Below, one piece after another: positions 12,537-26,434 of a stretch of DNA of 64,000 nt (the first letter of the stretch is position 1; every line of letters begins with the position of its first letter). Position numbers and translations under genes: made by a program. The notes under the pieces were generated by a model. The model was not told the origin of the DNA. It searched no databases and saw nothing but the letters and a program-made list of their open reading frames with translations. Source of the DNA: the human T2T-CHM13v2.0 reference genome, Homo sapiens. Location of the stretch: NCBI GenBank assembly GCA_009914755.4, contig CP068257.2, positions 19,008,001 through 19,072,000 of the forward strand, in the 5' to 3' direction.

Positions 12537-14157
12537 TTAAGAAATGGAAATGTTCAGCGAATACACAAATGAGGTAGAAGATGTGTGGCATATGTGTTAG
12601 GTGTCCTAATTTGCCTGGAATGCTCCAGTACATGCCTATTGTACTGGCTTAATTAAAAGCACCCTTTATACTCTGAGATGTTTTCTGGGTTGGGTAAAAT
12701 GTTATCTGGTCACTGTAGATATGAGGCTGTGGAAATCAAATGTGCTGGGCAATGCCCATGAATTGATGGTGGAGACAAGGCCACAGATCATGACAAAACC
12801 GAAAGAAATAATCCTATCCATGAATGGGAAAGGCACTGCCAGTGTGGAAGTTCTTCCCAGGAAGCAGACTGATGGGAGAGATTGAGTTGAGAGAGTGCCA
12901 ACTATAACTAAACAGAAGCCTAATCCTGAAGCCCATGGTTTCTGGGTGATAAAACATCTATCTGAAAACCTAACGTAAAAATTACTCAGACTCAAAGTAT
13001 TTCTATAGGGACTTCTATCAGTCTTGGTTCCACCAGGAAAACAAAGTCAATTTAATAAAATGATTGGTTTAATAAATGCATTGGGTATATGTGTTTGTAG
13101 GGAGAGCTGGGGAACCTACAGTCAGAGAAACTGTCATCAAATGCAAGATACTTGTAGGCGGGAGAAAAGCAAATGACAAAGTATTCATGTTAAGCACTAA
13201 ATTAGGTGGTTTTCAAAAAGTTGACTGGCTAGTTAATAACTCTTAACTGTCTCCTCAGCCGAGCAAAATGAGTGCCTCTCACACGCTTATTTAAAATCTG
13301 ATGCGATGCTTCAATCTGCCCATGAGACTGGAAGAAAATACCTTCTAAATATTGCAGGAGTTTTTCTTAATGGTAAACTATAATCTAGAAGACTGTAGGA
13401 AAAAAGATTCTCGAAAATGAAGTTTCCTGCTTCTCCTTGAGAGTGCAGAGGACACCTCAAAACAGTGGTGAGGTTGATGTCAAGTTGATATTAGACTACC
13501 CAACACAGTCTCTAGCAGAGATGAATCACACTCATTCCCCACAGGTACTTCTACAACCCAGCGCCGCGTGAGATTTATTCTAAAGACAATGCCTTTGAAG
13601 AATTGTTCACACAGAAAATTACAAAGCACAGAAATACTTCATTTCCTCTGAAAGTGACTTAGCAGAAAAAAGGGAAAATTCACACCCACAAATCCACACG
13701 TATATAAGCCAGAAATTTATTTTACAAAAAAAAATAGCTAAAGTATTCATAGAGAGAAAGGAGAACTAGATAATGCACCTAGAACATTTAAACAATGCAT
13801 AAATTCCAGAAAAGATTAATATTGCCCTTTAAATTGAAAAGGGATCAATTACAGACCAAATTAGTTAAGTTGTTAATTACTTAATTATTTGGCGAACAGA
13901 TCTGAAGACATTACTAAGATTCTATCACAGTGAATTTAAGATGAGGATTGTGCTAGCCAGACAGAATAAAAGTCTAGATATATGTCTAAAGGGACATCAG
14001 AGGATGAGAAAAAAAAAATGAGAGGCTATCTTTAAATAGAAAATAAATTTTCTCCCAAAATACAGAAAAATGTGTTCTCAAACTGCAAAATCACAATGAG
14101 TTTTTAGTAGGAAAGTAAAGCAATCTCCACTTTCAGAACATCGTGGGTGAAGAAATA

Positions 14158-14235
14158 GTACTTCCATTGACTTCTATGTGTATAGATGGAATTGTGGTAC
14201 TTCCATTGACTTCTATGTGTATACATGGAATTGTG
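14158..14235. repeat. Tandem duplication, 2 x 39 bp.
   Basis: 'gtacttccattgacttctatgtgtatagatggaattgtg' is followed at once by 'gtacttccattgacttctatgtgtatacatggaattgtg', with one mismatch. Confidence 0.8.
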
Positions 14236-16589
14236 GTAATATTTCAACAATCTAGATGCATAGTAACATCTAAAGTCCTTTCCAACTATACCAGCTATCA
14301 ATTAGATCTGATTAAGATGAGCCTTAGGTACATACCTGAAAATTAGGAATAACCTTTGATTCTAACTGCATCAGAGGGATGTGTTCAATACAAAAGCAGG
14401 CATAATATTTTGTAGTTAAGTAAGAAACTTTAGAGAAATATGCAAATATGAGCTGCTTGCTATCTCCATCACTGATCTGAACTCTTAAGGTGTCATCATG
14501 TATCTTTCACTTAATTATTGTTTCAAAGTTTATTGAAAATGTTTATTAATATGAAAAATAACATCAGAAAATAAAACATTGGAATGTGATGATATTTAGT
14601 GGAAAAGTTGTAAGACAGTGGATAGATGAAAAATTTAAAAAATTCTCATTTCCATTAAAGCATCCTAACTATATCCAAATGATGTCATTGCAGGAATTAA
14701 ATTGCTACAATGAGCATACAAATTCAAGGTCAAAAACTGCTTTCAAATACAAGAATTACTAATGATGAAGACTAATGATTTTCAGTTGTTCTGACCTCCT
14801 TAGAATTAGATCTAAACAGACAAATCTTCCAGCTTCGGAGACACCGTATTAAACTGTCACATTTCATGGCTGAACTGAGCTATATAGGGGGAAATATTTG
14901 GAATAGTAACTGCATTAATGTAAACATTTACAAAAGGGTTTTTTTTTTTTTATTTAAGAAAGAAGATTTGGAAAATCAAGATTAAACACAAAGTCTTCTT
15001 GATAATGGTTTTATAAGTCACTGTCAATCTTAGGAAACTGGCATTTATCAGTCAATCAATCAATAAGGAGTAGCAAACTTCAAATTTTAAAAATGGAAGA
15101 AGGAAAGATAGAAATTGTTTTTGAGTTTGTTGTTTTGTTTATAATTTTTATATTACAAAGTGAAAACATATTTTATAAAATATAGCATATATTATTTATA
15201 GAAAATGTTTCAAAAAATCAATGTCTATAATACAGTGATTTCTCAAAAAACAGATTAAGATCGAATTATTTCATTCAAGTATAGAATGAATTTTCATAAT
15301 GAAAACAGCTGTCTGTATGAGTACTTTTATGATACAAAGTCATCAGTAGCTTTCTCCCCAAAGAGGTCAAAATAAATTGGCATCACCTGAATCAAGGTTA
15401 TGACTTCCTTGAGGCTTATCTTCTGACAGATTCATTTTCTATAATCTTTTTTTTTCTATTAGCAACTACTGTCTGGGAAATTTCTGCTTCATTGTATTCC
15501 CCTGTCTATAAATCAAAAAATGATTTAATAAATATTTGCACTTTTTTAAACAGTCTGTATTCAATTAAAATTGATTCGTGATTAAATATAAATTATAGCT
15601 TTTAAATTTCTGGTTTACAGGTGGCAGTCTAGTAAGATTTAACGATACTGTCTGACTGGAGCTGGAAAGCAGTGAGTATGGCTGCTATCGGAGAGGAGAG
15701 AGAAAATCAATCTCTGTGGGCTGCTATTATCCAGAAGAAATGGAGAGCTCCCAATGACCAGGCATTCCACCGAGCAACAGGGCTTACTTGCCTCTGCTCT
15801 CATTGAAAACCACACAGAGCATGCAACACTTTGCTCACTCCAAAACTTTATGACTTTCTTCAATTTCAAGCAATGTTGAATGCTGACTCAATAAGATACA
15901 ACCAAAACAACTTGTTGATGAGACAAAGCTGAGTTTATTTTTTACCATGGTAAAAGTGAACGCTACCTCAGCAGAGGGGCAAGAAATATATTTTTTGAGA
16001 TTTTGAAGTCTGGTGCAAGTTTTTCAATGTGGAACTTGGTTAAGATGGGGCTAGCGTCATAATGTAGTTGCTTAGAATTGTGAACGCAGGGAGGAGAGAA
16101 TTTTGAGAAAAGTAATTCAAAGGGTCTTGACATATACCATTCAGTAAGTTGCTGGAATGAAAAATAAAGTCATTTGCAATTGTAATCTTCTTGGGCAAGA
16201 ATTTGCTGTAATACTAAAGTTAAGTTGATGAAGTCAGTGGAGGAGGAAAAACATGCTAATGTAGACAGTAAGAGCTGTGAATGTAGATAGTCTCAGCTCT
16301 CAGCAGGGAGTCCCAACATAACAATATCAAGACTGACAAAGCAAGACTGAAGAAAGCACACACCATAACAAAGAAACAGCAGGCTCAATGAAGAGAAACA
16401 TTTAGACATAAAGAAACTGTTATAAGATCAGATTTTAAAATAAGTATGGCTTTAAACATACATACACATACAAACACAGTAACACCATAAAATAAAAATT
16501 GAATTTTTTTAAAATGAAAAAAGTCTCAATACACAGGCTAAAGAGTACAATGGGAACTGTTGAAAAGCAAACTAATGAGCAGGTGTGTT

Positions 16590-17525
16590 TAATTGAGCTT
16601 TACTCTCCCAAGGGAAAGGGAACTGGAAAGCATGAAGGAAGAGGTAAGAGACTTGGGGAGATCATGTAACCCAACACCTAAATTGAAGGAATGCTAGAAA
16701 AAAAATACAAAGAAAACTGAAGAGTTAATGACATATAAATTAGTTATGTCTGAGCATGTCCCAAGACAGAGTTAATCATGCATTTGTATCCTAACCAAGT
16801 ATTTGTTTTAATATAGAAAGAAAAAAATATTTGTGATTCACAGAGTATTACTCTGCTACTGAGAAAGCCAGAAAAAAAATGTAGCTGCAGAAGATCCCCT
16901 GAAATCACACCATTTGACAGTCCTAGAAAGTGCCTCTTACTTATGCAACGTGCAGTACTTTGGGTCAGGCAGGGTTGGTCCACCCGTGGAACTGATAGAT
17001 GCAGGAGGCAGATAAGAGGGGAGTCCCCTAGAGCATCTCCAACTGGCCTGAGCACTGGGAGAATGGGGTGGAGCCACTGGAAGTTCTCTCAGCTTGTAGA
17101 GGGGAGGAGCTTGGCCTCTTTAGTTCCTGTGGGTGGCCTGGAATCAATCTGTGAGGTGGGGGGCCTGTTAGCAGGACTCCCTCTTGCTTTGCTGGAAGTT
17201 TTTTTCTTGTTTTCCTCTTTGCCCAATAAATTCCATTCCCCTCACACTTTGATGTGTCTGTGTGCTTAACTTTTCCTATTTTTTTCATTCTATATTAAAA
17301 ACAAATTATTTAGTTAGTATATAAATACATGAGTAGCTCTGTCTTAGGACATGCTCAGATATGACTAATTTGTATGTCATTGACTCCTCAGTTTTCTTTG
17401 TATTTTTTTTCTAGCACTCTTGCAATTTGGATGTTGAGTTACATGATCTCCTCAAGTCTCTTAACCTCTTCCTCCAAGCTTTCCAGTCCCCTTTCCCTTT
17501 GAGAGTAAAGGGGACAAGAACCCCA
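16590..17525. repeat. Composite inverted-repeat structure. The left arm (~16590-16835) and right arm (~17285-17525) are reverse complements of each other over ~240 bp at ~80-85% identity. They flank a ~450-bp GC-rich LTR-like core (16836-17284) that contains AATAAA at ~17226.
   Basis: I aligned this by eye in segments. 16700-16790 'caaagaaaactgaagagttaatgacatataaattagttatgtctgagcatgtcccaagacagagttaatcatg' matches the reverse complement of 17325-17410 'caaagaaaactgaggagtcaatgacatacaaattagtcatatctgagcatgtcctaagacagagctactcatg'. Further out, 'ggagatcatgtaacccaacacctaaattgaaggaatgctagaaaaaaaatacaaag' matches the reverse complement of 'ggagatcatgtaactcaacatccaaattgcaagagtgctagaaaaaaaatacaaag'. The match extends inward to 'tttgttttaatatagaaagaaaaaaata' versus 'tttgtttttaatatagaatgaaaaaaata'. 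Confidence 0.75.
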
Positions 17526-19804
17526 TTTAAGCTGAACTAAGGATCAAAGTTCTACAATAGAATAAATAGTTCTTTCTTGGTAAACATTTTTTTGAGGTCA
17601 CAAATGCTGGGAACTTGATGAAAGCTTCTGAGGGACCAGAAATACTTGTGATGGAAAAGCCTGTATCTTGGCATGTACAACTTCTTCTATTTCCTGGAAT
17701 TCTCTTTGCTATGAGTAGCACAAAGTAGACCAATGGCACATCATTTGCCTCCAAACTTTTCTTAGCTTGACTGGACTTCAATCTGGCAGCATTTCTAGCT
17801 TCTAGCAAGCAGTCTCTCCTGCCCTTCCCAAACTATAGCTCCAGTCCTTTTTAGTCTCCTCCTTCCCACCTACCCCCCAAAATCTACAAATTTTCTATTT
17901 TACGAGTCATTTGGTGGTTTAGTTAATAACATTTTCCTACCAAAATCCATGTTTTCTTTTACCACAAAATATATTGTTATTTACCTTTTATTTCCACATC
18001 TGAATGTAAAATTATTTGAACAAGATACTATCAAAATGAATCCATTTTATTTAAAAAGGTATTCATGTTTCTTCAAAGTGGTTATTCAGAAAAATAAGTG
18101 CCACCTGTCAACTGCTCATCAAAATTGACACAAGATAGTCATAATGCTATTGTGGCCCAGGAACCACAATTTTATCTTTGAGCAGCTAAGAAAAAAAAAA
18201 ATCTTTCAGAAATGACCTTCTATTACTAGCTTTATTCTCTCTTTAGGCTCATAAGGACCGTTAACTATATTAAAAGAGCAAAGAGAAGCATCCTACCTTT
18301 CTCTGATACCCACCATTACAGCCAGGCTTCGGGGATACCTGCTGCTTTTATTTATTATGCTTTTCAGTACTAATATTAAAGTGTCTTTATAAACTTTATC
18401 ATAGCGGTTACACACTAATGGGAATGGAGGTGCTGTATTTTCATTTTTTTCTTTATAATTGTCAAATAAAAAAATAAATCTGGACTAAGTAAGGAGAGAC
18501 TAATTGGAAGGATTATTGCAAGAGAGGAAAGGACTATTGCAATATGGGAGGAGAATTATTCAATGGAAAGAACACTGATCATTAGATCTGCAAGCATCTT
18601 AAGGGCTAGGCAAAATGCATTTTGCTTTTGTAGAGAGAAATGAACAAGGTAAGAAAGAAATGACTGTCATCAAAGAAGAGATCAGAGACTATTTTACCTT
18701 GAGACCAGGCTATTCTCAGGAAAAGCTGTTAAGGAGGAATTGCATGCTGGGCAACAAAGCCCTGGGAAAGAAGAGAAACTTAACCAAATTTATTGTTAGT
18801 GTTGTTGTGTTGTGTTTTAACCGTCATTTTGTGTTGATTGATCAGCAGGGACAAGGAGTATAGCTAATAATTTATGAAGCAAAGAATGATTATTTGGAGG
18901 GTCAGTATGTTTTTGCAATAGGTAGCAATGGGGACATCCATGAATCTATAATCTGAGTGATTTGGGAAGGATGATTTATTGCAGTAGACCTTTTCAGGGA
19001 ACATAAAAGGTCAGGGGAATTCCTTAACCTTCAATGTTTACTAGGATCACAGGGTTCAGGTAAAATTCAACATTGTCATAAAGAGCATTGTAGATAGTCA
19101 TCAGAGATACTGAAAATTTTGTCTTGAAATTTTAAAGCAAAATTTCTACTGTCACCCAATGAAGTTAGAAGTGGAACATTTAGAGGTTCATTTTTGAGCA
19201 GAGGCTGGATCTGGTTGTTGCATTTATTGTTTCTCCTATGTGGCATAAGCATACATTAAAAAAAAAAGAATGTTGTCTCTTTGTATGTAGACACTTTAAA
19301 ACTGGAAGACTTCTGTCCGTACAATTAGTAATGTTTTTACAGAGTACCTACAATTTGAGTTTTATCAACATAGAATGGAGTATTCATATTTATTTTGTTT
19401 TAGAAAATAGCTAGAATAAGTGTCCTGAGCTTCTACTTTCTCAAAGTATAAAAAAGAGAAGATAATTCCTCCGAAGTTATATATAGACTATAATTCAAAA
19501 ACAATTATATAATATAGACTATAACTATTCTATAATAAAAGTTCCAAAGTAATGCACATCAGATTTTGAGTGCGGCCTGACTTCAGATGCTGATTCTGCA
19601 GTTTATTGGAGTCATTTTGTCACTTTGGCAAGTTATTAACTGCTATGTGCCTCATTTTCTTCATCTGTCAATTGATTATATCAATGTTTACTAACTTAAA
19701 TAAGAATAGGTGGTAGAGGCTAGAGGTGAGACTGGGCTTTCTCTGGATCTGTGATATGGGAAAGGTTAGATGAAATTCAATGTCTCTTCATGAAAGAAAC
19801 TCTC

Positions 19805-21588
<1,784 letters not shown>

Positions 21589-24406
21589 TGAATGTGGATT
21601 AAAGTTTCAGTAAAACCAAATAGCAAAAAATAAGGAAGGCAAAAACACTTTAATTTGACAAATTGTCTTATGAATGAATTCTGGTAATATAAATAATCAA
21701 TACATGATATTTCTATGTATGAACTGACTGACTTTATCTGGCAAAAGTGCTACGATTTTGAATTTATTCACTTTCTGAACTCTCTCCTTGGTCTGCCCCA
21801 TATACCATATAAAACACTCTTACCCTTAATAATTTTTTTCATAGAACAAAAATCCAAAACCATTCTATGCTTATTTTTTTAAACCTTATAGAAATATTTC
21901 CTCTAACAGTACTAAAATACGTGATAGATGAAGTTTCAAAAGCAAATCATTTTCATGTTGCACCCCTACAGTTTCCATAATAATAACTGGGTCATTATTC
22001 CTCTGAGAACTGAAAATGAATGTTCATAAATAATTGAGTTTTTAAAAGCCATAATAACAAGAACTTTTAAATGTCACATTTACTTACCAAGTTCACCTTT
22101 TGTTCTGCCATGTAATTTTAATATATCTTTATAGGTATGTACATGATTCCATTCTGTAGCATTGTCTCTAAAGAAGAGTAGAATTTCCATAACTCAGCCA
22201 GCAAGACAAATCTAGAGGAATCTTTGAGATTTTTAATTGTGTAAGAAGGCATGGTGATTCGATGCTGGGGAGTTTTTAATCTTTATGAACATCCTGGATA
22301 ATAAGATTACACTGCTTAATAAGAGTGTCAGAAAGCAGTGGGGTGAACCTATAATCATTTAAGAGCAATTAGCAAGAAAATTTTTGTGGCTTATTTCTTC
22401 CTTTTATGTCTGTTTTCGTCAGGGAGATTTCATTACTACAGTATAGCACATCTTTTTGGCACCAATGATACGAGTCTGCTAAAAAGTAAATTGGGCCATA
22501 ACACACAGAGAAAATGGGGCTATTCCAGAGCTCCATGCAATTATCTGAGGGCCCTAAGGAGAACAAATTGGAGCATCTGCTGCTAAGGGAAGAATCAGCA
22601 GCTGATGCCTACCTACATGCAGTGAAAAATCAACCAAATAATATGAGCAAACATTTTCATAGAGCATCCACTCTGTAACCTCAGCTCACCTTGCGTTTAA
22701 CCTGGACAAAAGCTATAGAGTCCAAAAAACCCAAATCTCTGTTAAAATTGTGTAAGACAAAGTAATAAATTTGTGACCTAGAGCCCTTAATATTGTTTAT
22801 TTTAGCAACTCTGCTATTTTTTTCTGCCTTGTCTTCCAAAAAAAGAGAACAACAAAATAAAATAAAATAGTAAAAGAAAATGCACTAGAATTTATTTCCC
22901 CAAAGTCATTTTCTCTATTTAATGCCTATGTAGGCAACAGACACCTCCTCATCAGTTGTCATTTAAACACATATTTATTGGATGTTTATTTACAACATAC
23001 TTTGTAGATAGGGAAAAATGAAATAACGAAAACCAAATCATTACATTTTAAGCTTAATTTTTTTTGGTATAAATTGAAGGAATACAAGTGCACTTTTACT
23101 ACATGGATATCTGATCCACAGCATTACTGAATTATTGTTGTAGTTCCTAACACCAATTTCAAATGCTTAAAACATGTACATACACACACAGTTGATTTTT
23201 TTTTCCTCTTGAATGCATAAGACAGAATTTCTACGTTAAACAATAGAATTCCAACTATTGTCATTTTTCAGATGAGTAATGCCAAGGTTCAAAGAGGTTA
23301 AGTGAATTTTCAGAGTTGCAACACTAACACTACAAAAGTCTCAGGTCTAGAATACAGAGACTCTGGTTCTAGAGGCATTTCATTAATATTCTGTGCTTCA
23401 GGGATTAAAAATGCCAATTTCAACAGGGGCCTAGCAAATAACATAAGTAGAAGGCTGTGCTGAGTTGACCGAGTGGTGAGCTAAAGGGTATTGCCCTTCA
23501 AAAGGGACTGCTACTCAGCTCAAGCCAACTGGTTCCATCAGGTAACCACCTCAGCATTTCCAATACTTCTGATATTTTTTCAAGGGAAGCTAAAAGTTCT
23601 CATTTTAATGTGGATTCTCTCCATTATAAATGCAGACAGCTAATTTCATATTGTGAAAACACTACTTCAAACACAACAATCTGCAAGGTGAAATTTTGCT
23701 GTAGTCAAACACTTTGCCTGAATATGTGGGCACTTTAAATCAGAAACAGCCTGAATTCTCAGCCCCTAAGAGAATGCAAAGTATCTCAACAAGGATAAAG
23801 ATCAGAAATCTAAACTGTGTGTTTTCTTTTTCCACAGACAGAGTGCCCAGAAACTTAAATCATGGTTTCAGTTTAGTATAAGCAATAAAATCCACACTAA
23901 GAAATGTTTTCTCCAATCATCCTTATTGTCCTTTTGATGATGAAGAGGATGCTATTAATAGTCTATTTTTTAAATGAAGGTCAAGAGGTAAGTGGGTAAA
24001 TTCTGCATCTACACTAAGGGTACTAGTGGGACTACATCAATGCTTATTAAGCATTGGGGTGAGGATGTTACTACAAAGAGTGGCTTAGGGCTATGTGTGG
24101 TGGTCTTTAGTTTCCCAGCGTTTTTCTCTTTGCAGTGAAACAACTCCAAAATTAAACATGTATATGCAAACTATTTTATGATAGGGATATTTTTGAAATA
24201 TATTTTAGATACTAGATTAAATTTTAGAATGATTTTAGAAGATATTAGAAATTAATAAGATTAGATATGTTAAAAATACTGTGAAAAGTACCATTTTATG
24301 GTTATATTCAATGTAAGTGAAAAATAGTTTGCTTGAGTCAAGACAGAAGCAAAGAAAAGAATTTGTGGAGACAATGCGAATCATATTTAGGATGAAAACT
24401 GCACTG

Positions 24407-24704
24407 GGGGCAATGCACGGTGGCTCACACCTGTAATCCCAGCACTTTGGGAGGCCAAGGTGGGTGAATCACAGAGTCAAGAGATAGAGACCATCCTGGC
24501 CAACATGGTGAAACCCTCTCTACTAAAAAGACAAAAATTAGCTGGGCGTGGTGCTGCACAGCTACTCAGGAGACTGAGGCAGGAGAATCACTTGAACCCA
24601 GGAGGCAGAGGTTGCAGTGAGCCGAGATAGAGCCACTTCATTCCAGCCAGGCAACAGAGGGAGATTCCATCTCAAAAAAAAAAAGAAAAGAAACAAAAAC
24701 AAAA
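24407..24704 (+). mobile_element. Alu SINE, sense (AluS/Y-like). The approximate TSD is 'aaaactgcactgg' versus 'aaaattgcattgg'.
   Basis: 'ggcaatgcacggtggctcacacctgtaatcccagcactttgggaggccaaggtgggtgaatcacagagtcaagagatagagaccatcctggccaacatggtgaaaccc...ccatctcaaaaaaaaaaagaaaagaaacaaaaacaaaa'. Confidence 0.9.
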
Positions 24705-26434
24705 TTGCATTGGGATAGCTGATTCAGATATAATTATTATATTCCTTCTTTAATGACTATTTTTAAATAATTCAATAACTAAATAAAGTAGATAAAACAT
24801 GAACCAGAGATTGAAAATGTTCTCCGAAACCAAATTAGGATTAATTCACTTTTGTGCAACTGTAGGAAAAAATATAAATCTCACAGTAGCATAAAGCTGG
24901 TGGGCTTATTATAGAAACAATTTCAGTCCATACCACTGTCCTCCACTTCTATCTAGACACTGTCCCTAATTTCCTTCCTTCGTGAGACTCTGTTGCCAGT
25001 AGGGAGACTAGGATAGTGGAAATACATCCATAGTCACATACTGTTTGCATTTTTAGTTTCCAAGAACACATTTCTTCAAATACAAGGAATAAAATATATT
25101 TTCCACTTGGAACGGCCAGTTAAAACTTACTGTGCTTTTCCCCTACACTAAATCATATAAGTTTAATCCTACCACAAGCACACACCTCTCCTCCAAAATA
25201 GAGTTGCTAAGACCCAACTCACCTGTAAAAAATGCCTCTACTTATGAAAGAAAAGATAATCGTCACAGGAATACACAGAGCTCAACCTTTGAGCAAGGTA
25301 TCACTGTATCAGAAATCCAACTACAACATACATTAGCCCTGTGATCTTGGATAATTCACTGCACCTCTCTGCTTCACTGCAAAATATCAGTGACGACATT
25401 GCCCTGCAGAGTTGTTGTGGGTGTAGTAGAATTCTGAGGCTGGATTGTGTTTCTCCTAGGGACTTAATGTACCTGGCTACATTTATGTCTAAAGCTCTTT
25501 AAAATGGCTGAATGGATTAAAAAAATACCATTATCAGTCAAAATATCCTACTGCAAATTATAGATTAAATGTACTACAGCTAACTGAAGTAGAAAATAAA
25601 ATCATTGGAAAGATAATAGAAAGGTCACAGAATGGATGGAAATCTGAGAGAAGCCTAGAAATAAAAGCTAATCAGGAGAGTGGTTCAGTAGTAAGAAGCA
25701 AATCCAAGGACACAACCCAGAAATAATTGGTTGAGAGGTCATGTCAGTGATATTGCTGTAGAACACCTGATATTGCCATTACTGACCTCATGGTGCCACC
25801 ATCTCTGATGTGCACACTCAATTTATTGAGACTTGGTCAGATGCCCACATGAGATTAACTGGGGTCTTGTAATTCTGCAGTAAGAGAGCAAGACCATGCT
25901 CTCCCGAAGACTTACACAATAGAAATACTACTAAAGTAGGAAGTGTCAAGGCAGTGCAAAAATAGCAAAATTTACAACGATGTTGTAAAATATTATAATA
26001 TCTTTGTTTATAAATATATTTATATACCAAAATATATACTAACATAGCAACTGAATCAGTTGGACTATAAGACTGTAAATGAGTTTACCTGTTTTCAGTT
26101 TGTTTGTATCTTTGTATCTTAATAAAAATAAATAATTGGATTAAATGAATTATAAAAGAAAAGATGAGAATTTATTGTTTTAGATCATTCACTCATTCTT
26201 TTATTCATTGATTTATTTAGTAGGTGTTTATTGAATACTGTGGTTTAAAAGCAATGTCAAAAACTGGATGGTATATTTCAATAAGCAAAGTGACTAACTC
26301 TTTCCCTTTATGAACTACACAGTTAATTAGAAGATAATCTTTTATACAAGTTCATAAAGAAATACACACTTTGATAGGAAGAAAGACCATAATTTAATCT
26401 GTGACATAAAAGATGAGACCTGAATAATACAATA

